DNA from: an uncultured Verrucomicrobiota bacterium
GTDB taxonomy: Bacteria; Verrucomicrobiota; Kiritimatiellia; RFP12; UBA1067
DNA length: 64,000 bases
Assembly: GCA_947305775.1 (NCBI GenBank)
Contig: CAMZEN010000001.1
Span: 3,852-67,851, forward strand
Direction: 5' to 3'
Shown: positions 29,318 through 37,860 of the stretch, piece by piece
Position numbering within the stretch: the first letter of the stretch is position 1
How the letters are laid out: every line of letters starts with the position of its first letter
The notes under the pieces: generated by a model
What the model saw: only the letters and a program-made list of their open reading frames with translations
What the model was told of the DNA's origin: nothing
Database searches by the model: none
Position numbers and translations under genes: made by a program

Positions 29318-31912
29318 ATGACCGTCAAGGTCGCTATCGACCTTGCGCTCGACAGGCTCTTCGACTACGAAGTGCCGGAAGCGCTCAGAAAGAAGCTGGC
29401 CGTCGGCCAGCTTCTTTCCGTTCCGTTTGGCCACCGCGAAGCGCGCGGCTTCGCGGTCGAGGTTTTGCCTGAGGGGAGAGGAGGGGATCGGACGGCGCCG
29501 CCCCTGGCGAAACTCAAGGAGATTTCGGCGATAGTCGATGAGACGCCGTTCTTCTCGCCTGCGCTGCTTACGCTGGTGCGCAAGATAGCGGCCTACACCG
29601 CCGCGCCGCTCGAAAGCGTAATTCGTGCGGCGCTTCCGGCGGCGGTGCTGAAGAAGAACGCCCGCGCGAAGGAAATGCTTTTCGTGGAGCCGCTCACGAA
29701 AGGTGAGGCTCCCAACTTGGGAAATTTCGCGGCTCCCGACCTAGGGAATTGCGCGACTCCCGGCCTGGGGTATTGCGCGGCCCCCGACCTGGGAAATTGT
29801 GAGGCTCCAGACCTGGGGAATTGTGAGTCTCCCGATCTGGGAGAGCGGGCGTCCCCGCCCGCGAATAAGGAGAGGTTAACTCTTCCATCAGAGCGGGCGA
29901 GACGCCCGCTCTCCCAAGCGCTCACTAAGCGTCAGCGCTGGCTTTACGACAACATCGTCCGGCTTGGCGGCGGCTGGATGGCGCAGCTCTGCACAGAGTT
30001 GAGCACTACGCCAGCATCGATTCGCGCACTAGCCGCGAAGGGGCTCGTCTCCGTCGCGCCGCGCGCGAAGCGCCGCGACCCTCTCGCAGGACGCCGTGTA
30101 TTGCCGACAAAGCCGCTCGCGCTCAACGCAGAGCAGTCTGCCGCCTTGGCGTCCATAAAGTCCATTTGTGAGGCTATCCACTTGGGGAATTGCGCGGCTC
30201 CCCACTTGGGAGAGCGGGCGTCCTCGCCCGCGAATAAGGAGAGGTTAACTCTTCCATTAGAGCGGGCGAGACGCCCGCTCTCCCAAGATGCGTCGCTCTC
30301 CCAAGGCGCGTCGCTCTCCCAAGATGCGTCGCTCCCCCAAAGCGCGTCGCTCTCCCATGGCGCGTCTACTCTTCTGTTGCATGGGGTGACGGGTTCGGGG
30401 AAGACCGAGGTGTATCTTCAGGCGATCGCGGCCGAGCTGGAGAAGGGACGCGGCGCGATCGTCATGGTTCCCGAGATCGCGCTCACGCCGCAGACAGTGC
30501 AACGCTTCGCTTCGCGCTTTCCCGGGCGCGTCGCCGTGCTCCACTCGGCGCTCTCGGACGGCGAGCGCTACGACGAGTGGCACCGCATCCGCCGTGGCGA
30601 AGCGCGCGTAGTCGTCGGTCCGCGCAGCGCCGTCTTCGCGCCGGTCGCGAACCTCGGGCTCATCGTCGTCGATGAGGAGCACGAGCCCAGCTACAAGCAG
30701 GAGGACAACCCCCGCTACAACGCGCGCGACGCCGCAGTGCTGCGCGGCGCGATAGAGGGTGCGGCGGTCGTGCTCGGCTCGGCTACGCCCTCGCTCGAAA
30801 CCTGGATGAACGTTCGTCGCGGCAAGTATGCCTGCGCGGCTATGAAGGGACGCGCAGGCAGCGGCTCGCTGCCGGTCGTGCGCCTCGTCAACATGCAGGA
30901 GGAGCCCGGCCGCACGATGTTCTCCGCCGCGCTTCTGGACGCGATTCGCCTCAGGCTCGACCGAGGCGAGCAGACGATGCTCTTCCTCAACCGCCGCGGA
31001 TGGTCGCGCTCAGTCACATGCGAAGCCTGCGGACACGTAATGACCTGTCCCGACTGCGACCTCGCCTACACCTATCACCGTGCGGACGACTGCCTCAGAT
31101 GCCACGTCTGCGGCGGATGGCGGGAGACGCCGCGCATGTGTCCTTCGTGCGGCGCAAACGCGCTAACCTTTCGCGGCATCGGCACCCAACGCGTCGAGGC
31201 GGCGCTCGCGAAGTGCTTTCCGCGCGCGGCGATACTTCGCATGGACGCCGACTCCACTTCGCGCCGCCACTCGCACGACGACATTCTCTCGGCATTCCGC
31301 CGCGGCGACGCGCAGATTCTCGTCGGCACGCAGATGATCGCGAAGGGGCTGGACTTTCCGAACGTCACGCTCGTTGGCGTGCTGAACGCCGACAGCTCGC
31401 TAAACATGCCAGACTTCCGCGCAGCCGAGCGCACTTACCAGCTGATCGCGCAGGTCGCGGGACGCGCAGGACGCGCCGAACTGCCGGGCGAAGTCGTGGT
31501 GCAGAGCTTCGACCCGTCCGCGCCCGCGATAGCCGCAGCCGCGCGCGGCGACTACGAAGGCTTCGCCGCGCGCGAGCTGAAGGACCGCGAAGAGGGATGG
31601 TTCCCGCCTTTCTGCCATTTGGCGGTGGTCGCCGCCAAGTCGCAGGACCTAAAGCTCGTCTCCAGCTGGTGTGAAATGTACGCGAAATCGTTCACGGCAT
31701 TTGCAGAGAAGAATCGTGAACTTGGGCTGATGGTGTCCGAGGCGGTGCCGAGCGCACTTGAAAAGGCGGACGGATGGTACCGTTGGCAAGTAGTGCTTCG
31801 TGCGCCGAGAGCGCGCGCGATAGTCTCTGCGTGGCGCACGATAGTAGCCTGCCGTCCTCCGCCGAAGACCCTGCGCATCGCAATAGATATGGATGCCCAC
31901 AACCTTGTGTAG
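29318..31912 (+). CDS. priA: Primosomal protein N' carrying two in-frame repeat-derived insertions
   Basis: LDRLFDYEVP, LHGVTGSGKTEVY, VPEIALTPQT, VDEEHEPSYKQ, CEACG..CPDC..CHVC..CPSC, GTQMIAKGLDFPNV, QVAGRAGR. Confidence 0.95.
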   Translation: MTVKVAIDLALDRLFDYEVPEALRKKLAVGQLLSVPFGHREARGFAVEVLPEGRGGDRTAPPLAKLKEISAIVDETPFFSPALLTLVRKIAAYTAAPLESVIRAALPAAVLKKNARAKEMLFVEPLTKGEAPNLGNFAAPDLGNCATPGLGYCAAPDLGNCEAPDLGNCESPDLGERASPPANKERLTLPSERARRPLSQALTKRQRWLYDNIVRLGGGWMAQLCTELSTTPASIRALAAKGLVSVAPRAKRRDPLAGRRVLPTKPLALNAEQSAALASIKSICEAIHLGNCAAPHLGERASSPANKERLTLPLERARRPLSQDASLSQGASLSQDASLPQSASLSHGASTLLLHGVTGSGKTEVYLQAIAAELEKGRGAIVMVPEIALTPQTVQRFASRFPGRVAVLHSALSDGERYDEWHRIRRGEARVVVGPRSAVFAPVANLGLIVVDEEHEPSYKQEDNPRYNARDAAVLRGAIEGAAVVLGSATPSLETWMNVRRGKYACAAMKGRAGSGSLPVVRLVNMQEEPGRTMFSAALLDAIRLRLDRGEQTMLFLNRRGWSRSVTCEACGHVMTCPDCDLAYTYHRADDCLRCHVCGGWRETPRMCPSCGANALTFRGIGTQRVEAALAKCFPRAAILRMDADSTSRRHSHDDILSAFRRGDAQILVGTQMIAKGLDFPNVTLVGVLNADSSLNMPDFRAAERTYQLIAQVAGRAGRAELPGEVVVQSFDPSAPAIAAAARGDYEGFAARELKDREEGWFPPFCHLAVVAAKSQDLKLVSSWCEMYAKSFTAFAEKNRELGLMVSEAVPSALEKADGWYRWQVVLRAPRARAIVSAWRTIVACRPPPKTLRIAIDMDAHNLV
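29705..29837 (+). repeat. 5.5 x 24-bp degenerate coding tandem repeat (xAPDLGNC) abutting a REPIN-like element
   Basis: Units such as gcggctcccgacctagggaattgc start at 29705, 29729, 29753, 29777, 29801 and 29825 (partial). Confidence 0.9.
29838..29917. mobile_element. REPIN-like palindromic element, copy 1 (in frame in priA)
   Basis: tgggagagcgggcgtccccgcccgc-spacer(aataaggagaggttaactcttccatc)-agagcgggcgagacgcccgctctcccaa. Confidence 0.8.
30206..30286. mobile_element. REPIN-like palindromic element, copy 2 (81 bp, in frame in priA)
   Basis: ttgggagagcgggcgtcctcgcccgc...gagcgggcgagacgcccgctctcccaa; near-identical to copy 1; preceded by 1.5 units of the 24-mer. Confidence 0.8.
30287..30358 (+). 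repeat. 4 x 18-bp coding tandem repeat (D/G-ASLSQ) containing the element 3' end
   Basis: gatgcgtcgctctcccaa, ggcgcgtcgctctcccaa, gatgcgtcgctcccccaa, agcgcgtcgctctcccat. Confidence 0.9.
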
Positions 31913-32094
31913 GCGGCCCTTGCCCTCGGAAACCGCTTTTTCTGTTATCTGCATGTTTAGTGCCATAATCGCTAGATTATGGCAAATCTCCAGACCCCCT
32001 AGGGTAGGGGTTGAGAAACCCCCTAGAGGGAGAGCGTGCAGGGTAGGGAGTAGCGCCGTCCTACCCTTTAGGGTGCCGGGCGCGCGCCCCTAAC

Positions 32095-32174
32095 TTGGGA
32101 GAGCGGACGTCTCGTCCGCTCATAAGGAGAGTTGGAATCTTCCTTCAGAGCGGGCGAGACGCCCGCTCTCCCAA
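32095..32174. mobile_element. REPIN-like palindromic element, copy 3 (intergenic)
   Basis: ttgggagagcggacgtctcgtccgc..taaggagagttggaatcttcc..gagcgggcgagacgcccgctctcccaa. Confidence 0.8.
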
Positions 32175-32228
32175 GAGTCGGCCGGGTTGGGCGATCAGTC
32201 GGTTGCGAGGCGAGCGCATTTTACCCCA

Positions 32229-32258
32229 TTGACAGTCGCAAACGAGTTGTGATATAAT
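32229..32258 (+). promoter_or_regulatory. Near-consensus sigma70 promoter of the surface-protein operon
   Basis: TTGACA(32229-34)-18 bp-TATAAT(32253-58) with TG extension; AGGAGGT RBS at 32281. Confidence 0.85.
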
Positions 32259-32291
32259 CCATACTGTCTCTACAAAGAAGAGGAGGTCTAG

Positions 32292-33056
32292 ATGAAGTTC
32301 ATGAAACTTGGAGTTGTGCTCGCTGCGGCAACTTTCGCCGTCGGCGCGTTTGCGGACGCGGCAAATGTGCTTATTTCGTTCTCTACTGACGGGTCTGAGA
32401 CCTACGCAGATGGTAATAGCGTTCAAGTGGGCGAGTGGTATGCGCTTTGCTGGTCGCCGCGCGAAACTTTTGGTGGGCTTGACATCAACTGCGAGCCTGT
32501 GACTGCTGGCGATCTAGTTGTTGAAGTCGGGCCTCATGCAAAGCAGCTCAGCAACGGCAAGGTCGGTTGCTTGCCCTACCTTTTCCAGATCGATTCCAAA
32601 GAAGCTCCGATTGGCGGCAACTATTTCGTCTATCTCCTCGATACCCGCACGGTGAAGAATGGTGCGTTCGTCGTCGCCGACAAGAATGAAGAGACTGGCC
32701 TTCCCGCAAATGTGAATGGCGCGTTCGTTGCGAAGAACTATACAGCATCCTCGACGGTTGGCGGCAACATCGCCAGCGCGAGCGAAGCAGCCGCGAAGTG
32801 GGCCGAGTCGTCTGTGGTCGGCGAAGTCACGACGGCCAAGATCGAGTCCATAAACGTTGCTGGCGCTAAGGTTGAGATTTCGGTAGTCGGCATGATGCCG
32901 GGTCTTATGTACAACGTCAAGATGGGTGGAACGCCTTCGACTCTTGACGACTATGTCATTGAGATGCCCAAGACGGGTTCCACGACGGCTACTTTCGAGG
33001 CCGACAAGGAGAACGCTAAGTTCTTCAAGGTTGTCCGTTGGCCTGTTTCTGAGTAA
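32292..33056 (+). CDS. Hypothetical secreted protein
   Basis: Signal peptide ending AFA; beta-rich C-terminal domain ending KFFKVVRWPVSE. Confidence 0.8.
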   Translation: MKFMKLGVVLAAATFAVGAFADAANVLISFSTDGSETYADGNSVQVGEWYALCWSPRETFGGLDINCEPVTAGDLVVEVGPHAKQLSNGKVGCLPYLFQIDSKEAPIGGNYFVYLLDTRTVKNGAFVVADKNEETGLPANVNGAFVAKNYTASSTVGGNIASASEAAAKWAESSVVGEVTTAKIESINVAGAKVEISVVGMMPGLMYNVKMGGTPSTLDDYVIEMPKTGSTTATFEADKENAKFFKVVRWPVSE

Positions 33057-33080
33057 TCTATATTTAAAGGAGTCAAGACT

Positions 33081-33836
33081 ATGAAGCTAAAGACTGTATT
33101 TGCTGCATCGCTTCTTGTCGGTGGCGTTGCGTTCGCAGAGGATATAACGACAACGTATACTGTTGGAGTAATGCCACTAAGGCTTACTTCTCAGGAAACG
33201 GCTATATGTGTTCCTTGGATTGAGTCTGGACAAACTAATGATGTCGTGGCAGTTACGAATTTCATCAAGACAGCAGGGTTGTCAGCAAATACAGAATTGT
33301 ATTGGTATAATACTAATGGCGAGACACCTAGTTTTTATGCTTGGAAGATTGAGACCAACAATGGGCCGTGGACATCTTTGAGCGGTTCCGCTGGCAGTGC
33401 TCCAGCTCCTTCGGAAACATCGCTGAAGCGTGGTGATGCGGTTGTTTTGAAGTTGCCAAGCGCTGGGTCTTATAATCAGGTAGTATATGTTATTGGTCAA
33501 TACACTGGAACTGCTGCGTCGACAACAATTGCAGGAGGAACTTCAGCCTCGCCGACATTCACATTGTTGGCTAATCCCGATCCAAGCAATAATTTGACGG
33601 TCCATGAGAAGTTTACATCAGCTCTCGGTTCTGCCGAGGGGGACGCAATTACATATGCTGATGGAGCGACAGTGAGAACGGTTGTCGCGTATATGGTTTC
33701 TGCAACATTGAAGTGGGGATACTTTACATACAAGGGTGGTGTTGCATCATTTAACGAGCAATTGGTTACGATTCCTGCGGGTCAAGGTTTTTGGTATCGT
33801 CGTTGCAGCTCTGAAGACATTACTGTGAGCTGGTAA
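33081..33836 (+). CDS. Hypothetical secreted beta-rich protein with twofold internal repeat
   Basis: Signal ending AFA; halves end LKRGDAVVLK and IPAGQGFWYRR; AT-richer than its flanks. Confidence 0.8.
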   Translation: MKLKTVFAASLLVGGVAFAEDITTTYTVGVMPLRLTSQETAICVPWIESGQTNDVVAVTNFIKTAGLSANTELYWYNTNGETPSFYAWKIETNNGPWTSLSGSAGSAPAPSETSLKRGDAVVLKLPSAGSYNQVVYVIGQYTGTAASTTIAGGTSASPTFTLLANPDPSNNLTVHEKFTSALGSAEGDAITYADGATVRTVVAYMVSATLKWGYFTYKGGVASFNEQLVTIPAGQGFWYRRCSSEDITVSW

Positions 33837-33877
33837 AACGAGTTCTGTCGAGAAATTGGTATTTGAAGGAAGAAAAT

Positions 33878-34429
33878 ATGAAAAAGTTAATGTTCGCCTT
33901 GCTGGCCACGATGTGCGCATCCATTGCGAATGCTGCTTATCTCTATTGGCAAGTATCCGCCGGTGACGTAGATTCTAGTATAACTGAGCCTTGGAATGCG
34001 GCAAGGTTGTATGAGGATGGGCGGCTTGTTACTAGTACACAGTATTGGAATTCGTACAATAACCGCCTAGAGGGTGATAACGCAGACGCGGTTTCTGCGC
34101 CTATGGGTACGGGCTATGTTTTTGATATCGGCTCCGACAACACAGCTGGGCATTCATATTATGTAGAGTTGTGGCAGTTTAGCGATGCTAGCGATTGGTC
34201 TTCAAGTGGTCATGCTGTAGCGCAGAGTCAGTCAGTCAGCGGTGACGCGTTGCCTGGTGTATATAACGACACAGGTACATTGACAACTACACTTTTAACA
34301 GCCCCTACATCGATGGTTGCCTGGCATGCGGGTGGGTACAGGGCTGTGCCAGAGCCGACGAGCGGGTTGATGCTGCTCTTGGGTGCGGCTATGCTTGGTC
34401 TTAAGCGTAAGAATAGGAGCATTGCATGA
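33878..34429 (+). CDS. PEP-CTERM sorting-domain protein
   Basis: Signal peptide; C-terminal VPEPTSGLMLLLGAAMLGLKRKNR (PEP + TM + basic tail). Confidence 0.95.
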   Translation: MKKLMFALLATMCASIANAAYLYWQVSAGDVDSSITEPWNAARLYEDGRLVTSTQYWNSYNNRLEGDNADAVSAPMGTGYVFDIGSDNTAGHSYYVELWQFSDASDWSSSGHAVAQSQSVSGDALPGVYNDTGTLTTTLLTAPTSMVAWHAGGYRAVPEPTSGLMLLLGAAMLGLKRKNRSIA

Positions 34430-36828
34430 GCAAAGAAACGGCGATGGAGTATGACAATATCGCCGCAGAGATCGCCCAGACCGAAAAATTCGGGCTGGGC
34501 GATTTGATTATTGCGGCAATATTGGGTGCGTTGACTTTTGTTGGCCTTACGGTGTGGGCATATCCTTGCCTTTCGCCCGGGCTCTGGACCGAAACAGCCG
34601 TTGCGATGGGCGTCCGCCCCGCCGTGAACGTGCTGCCCGGTTATTTCACTTTTGCCGCGAGCATAGTGCATGCAGTGTTCGGCATAGCGGCTTCGCCCGG
34701 AGTGCTGAGGCTGTTGGGCCACGCATCGCTGACGTTCATCGCGATACTGACTTACGCGGTAATCCGCGAGATGCTCGTATTCATAATGCGTGCGAGGCCG
34801 CAGCGTTCAAAACGCCGCGACAACGTCATCAAGATAGCGAGCGCCGTCGGTACACTTGCGTTTATCGCGACCGACCCGGTTTGGGCCGCAGGGCAGTCGC
34901 TTTCGGAGACTACGATACTCCTGTGCCTTACGCTTGGCGCGATAGAATTCTACTTTCTGTTCCTCAGGAAGGGCGCCATCCGCTACGCCTACATATGCGC
35001 GGTGCTGCTCGGTCTCCTGTGCGCCGAGTCGCCGATGGGCTTCCTGTTCGTCGCGGCCTTCGTGGCCCTCAACTTCGTTGTGTTGAAGGTTCTGCCGATA
35101 CTTGAGTCGCCGTTCTTCCGCCCCGAGGTCATCGCCGTGGGCAAGTGGTACATGACGTTCATCTTCATGGCCAGTTTCCTCGTTGGTGTGGGGCTCAACT
35201 GCTACACCTTCGCCGCGCACAACGGACTTGCCGCCATCGGCGAAAGCAGCGGCTACCTGCCGCTTGCATACCTGCTCGAGTACTGGGGCAGGCTTTCGGG
35301 CGCGGCGGATCTGACCGGCTGGATTCTCTTCATCGGTGCGTGCGTGATCCCGTTTGTGGTGACTATAGTGCGCTTCCCTTCGGCGGCTGACGAGGAGGTG
35401 TTCCTGTCGTATTCGACGGGCATGGTGTTCTTCTTCTGCGTGATAGTGTCGCTGATGCAGAGCTGCCCGATACCGGAGCTGTGGTTCTGGACATACAGCG
35501 CCCACATTTCGCCGTATCTGCTTTCGGTGGGCATCCTGTTCGCCGCGACGACCGTCGCTGGCGGCGTGACCATACTTGGTGTGGATTCGCTTTGCCGCAA
35601 CCACCTTAGGCTCGCCGAGCAGCAGTTCGGGTTTGATGATGATGAAGAGAATGGTGGTGGACCTGTAGGATCGCGCATATCAACCTTAATCCGCAGACTG
35701 GGCGTGATACTCATTCCGCTGGCGCTCATCGCCATCATGATACCCGGCAGAGTAAAGCCCGCCACGCGCGGTATGCTTGCCATAGTGCGCGCCGGACTCG
35801 ATCAGATGGTGGATGAGGCCGGTAGCGCGGAGTACCTCTTCTCGGACGGCAACCTCGACCCGGCGATCGAACTCGTAAGCGCCATGCGCGGCGGCAACCT
35901 GAAGTGCCTTTCAATGATGGGCGGCTCAGCGCCCTACAAGGTGTATCTGCGCACGCGTGGGCTTAGGGACGACAAGGAAGACGCGTTTTCGTTCAACTTC
36001 GATGCGGCCATGGGGCTGAGAAGCTGGATACGCGACAGGCCCGACAAGCTCAAGAACTGCGTGATACAGCTCGGCCATGACCTCTGGAAGCGCGACGGCA
36101 AGGCCATTCCGCCGGTCGGCGGCATACTCACGCGTCCAGTGGGCTGGGAGAGCGAAGCGCAGCGCTCCGCGTTCGTGGCCCGCGCACGTGGTCTGGCGGA
36201 GCTTGCGCTCGCGAGGAGCGCAGCCGGACTCAAGGACTGCACCGAAAAGGCGACGCGCGCGGCGTTCTGGAATGTTCTGTGGCGCATTTCGCGCGCATGC
36301 ACCTACCGCGCCGAGAGGGCCGACCTCGCTGGCGACGCGTCCGCCGCGATAGCCGACACCGAGCTTGCCGACAAGCTCAACGGCATCAACGAGAGCTACA
36401 AGGCGATGCAGAGCGCCATCGTGAAGCAGAGCGACCGCATGTCGTCGCAGCTGACGACGCGCGAAGGGCTTCAGCTGGCGCTGGTGCGGGCCGACTTCAC
36501 GATGGGCAAGCTTTACGCCGAGACTATACTTTCGGCCGAGCCCGACAACGCCGACGCGAACTTCGCGATGGGGATGTACTACCTCAAGGAGCGCCAGCTG
36601 ACGCGCGCCGAGGAGTACCTGAAGCGCTGCCTCATCCGCAAGCCCAACGAGCCGGCGGTGTACAACAATCTCGCCATGATTCAGATGGAGCTCGGCAAGC
36701 TCGACGCCGCTGAGGTCAACGTCAACAAGGCGCTCAGGCTCATACCCGATTCCGCTGCCGTCCGCGACACCCAGAAGGCCATACAGAGGGCGCGCGAGGC
36801 TAAGGACAACCCCAAGGCGGACAAGTGA
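34426..36828 (+). CDS. Polytopic membrane protein with C-terminal TPRs (possibly a divergent DUF2723/GT-C glycosyltransferase)
   Basis: About 12 TM in the first 440 aa; TPR motifs ANFAMGMYYL and AVYNNLAMIQM; first loop ...VLPGYF resembles DUF2723 HPPGY. Confidence 0.6.
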   Translation: MSKETAMEYDNIAAEIAQTEKFGLGDLIIAAILGALTFVGLTVWAYPCLSPGLWTETAVAMGVRPAVNVLPGYFTFAASIVHAVFGIAASPGVLRLLGHASLTFIAILTYAVIREMLVFIMRARPQRSKRRDNVIKIASAVGTLAFIATDPVWAAGQSLSETTILLCLTLGAIEFYFLFLRKGAIRYAYICAVLLGLLCAESPMGFLFVAAFVALNFVVLKVLPILESPFFRPEVIAVGKWYMTFIFMASFLVGVGLNCYTFAAHNGLAAIGESSGYLPLAYLLEYWGRLSGAADLTGWILFIGACVIPFVVTIVRFPSAADEEVFLSYSTGMVFFFCVIVSLMQSCPIPELWFWTYSAHISPYLLSVGILFAATTVAGGVTILGVDSLCRNHLRLAEQQFGFDDDEENGGGPVGSRISTLIRRLGVILIPLALIAIMIPGRVKPATRGMLAIVRAGLDQMVDEAGSAEYLFSDGNLDPAIELVSAMRGGNLKCLSMMGGSAPYKVYLRTRGLRDDKEDAFSFNFDAAMGLRSWIRDRPDKLKNCVIQLGHDLWKRDGKAIPPVGGILTRPVGWESEAQRSAFVARARGLAELALARSAAGLKDCTEKATRAAFWNVLWRISRACTYRAERADLAGDASAAIADTELADKLNGINESYKAMQSAIVKQSDRMSSQLTTREGLQLALVRADFTMGKLYAETILSAEPDNADANFAMGMYYLKERQLTRAEEYLKRCLIRKPNEPAVYNNLAMIQMELGKLDAAEVNVNKALRLIPDSAAVRDTQKAIQRAREAKDNPKADK

Positions 36829-36834
36829 GGACTA

Positions 36835-37860
36835 ATGGAAAGCCATCCTGAATACAAGATTGGACGAGTAGTCTTCGGCAGCGAGGCGTCCATCGCGGCC
36901 GCTTACGGAAAGTTCTGCGAGCAGCAGATCGACGAGATTCGCCTTGCGGCCGACCGCTCATCGCCATTTTCGGCTAAGAGGCGCACGCTCGCTGGCGAGG
37001 CTTCGGTGGCTGGCGTCGGCACCTTCAAGGGCAGCGAGAAGCAGACCCTTACCTTTGCGCCAAGCGCGCGGAAGGGGTGGTGGATACGCCGCATGGACCT
37101 GCCTGAGCAGCTCGATACGAAGATTGACATATGCAATCTGTGGACGAGTGCGCAGAACCTTGTTATGCGAAGCGGTTCGCCGCACAACTACCTCCGCATG
37201 GTCGAGCACATAATAGCGCTCAAAGCCGGGTTGGGGCTGGACGATGTGCTGCTTAAGGTCAACAGTGGCGATCCGCCGCTTTTCGACCAGTCGTCGCTTC
37301 CGCTGATAAAGGCGGTCGAGCACGCCAAAATTGTTGAGACAGAAGATGACGCGACTTATGTGACGGTCAAGGAGCCCGTGGCCTTCGGCGGCAAGCGCGG
37401 CGATTTTCTGCTGATACTGCCTGCCGAGAACGGCGAGCGCAACCTTAGGATCGACTGCGCAATCTCGTGGGATACCGTAATCGGCAAGCAGAGGGTGCTG
37501 TTCGATGCGACCTACGACACCTTCAGGTATGCCGCGCTCGCCCGCACGAATGCTACGCGGCGGCAGTACATACTGGCGAAGACGGTCGGCAAGCTGTTCG
37601 CGGCGACGCGCAACTGGGGCTACAACGACCGCAACATCCTTATACACGGCGACCGCTACTACACTGAGCCGCGCTTCCCGATGGGCGACAAGTTCCTGGA
37701 GCCCATCTGGCACCGTGCGACTCTCGACCTTATGGCCGCGCTTTCGCTTACTGGCTCACACAGGCTCGTAGGCACCGTGGTCAGCTACCGCGCGGGCCAC
37801 ACCCTAGACTGCGACGCCGTGCGCGCACTGTACAGAAACGACCTTCTATGCTATCTCTGA
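36835..37860 (+). CDS. lpxC: UDP-3-O-acyl-N-acetylglucosamine deacetylase (divergent)
   Basis: RRTLAGEASVAGVG, RRMDL, MVEHIIALKAGLGLDD, PPLFDQSS, HRATLDL, RAGH. Confidence 0.8.
   Translation: MESHPEYKIGRVVFGSEASIAAAYGKFCEQQIDEIRLAADRSSPFSAKRRTLAGEASVAGVGTFKGSEKQTLTFAPSARKGWWIRRMDLPEQLDTKIDICNLWTSAQNLVMRSGSPHNYLRMVEHIIALKAGLGLDDVLLKVNSGDPPLFDQSSLPLIKAVEHAKIVETEDDATYVTVKEPVAFGGKRGDFLLILPAENGERNLRIDCAISWDTVIGKQRVLFDATYDTFRYAALARTNATRRQYILAKTVGKLFAATRNWGYNDRNILIHGDRYYTEPRFPMGDKFLEPIWHRATLDLMAALSLTGSHRLVGTVVSYRAGHTLDCDAVRALYRNDLLCYL

Noticed and set aside
28565-29434. 289-aa minus-strand ORF
   Set aside because: Antisense shadow of the prepilin gene.
29705-29837. 24-bp priA repeats as CRISPR or a Cys-rich metal-binding domain of PriA
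   Set aside because: No spacers; they are in-frame, REP-end-derived tandem units. The real PriA Zn motifs lie downstream.
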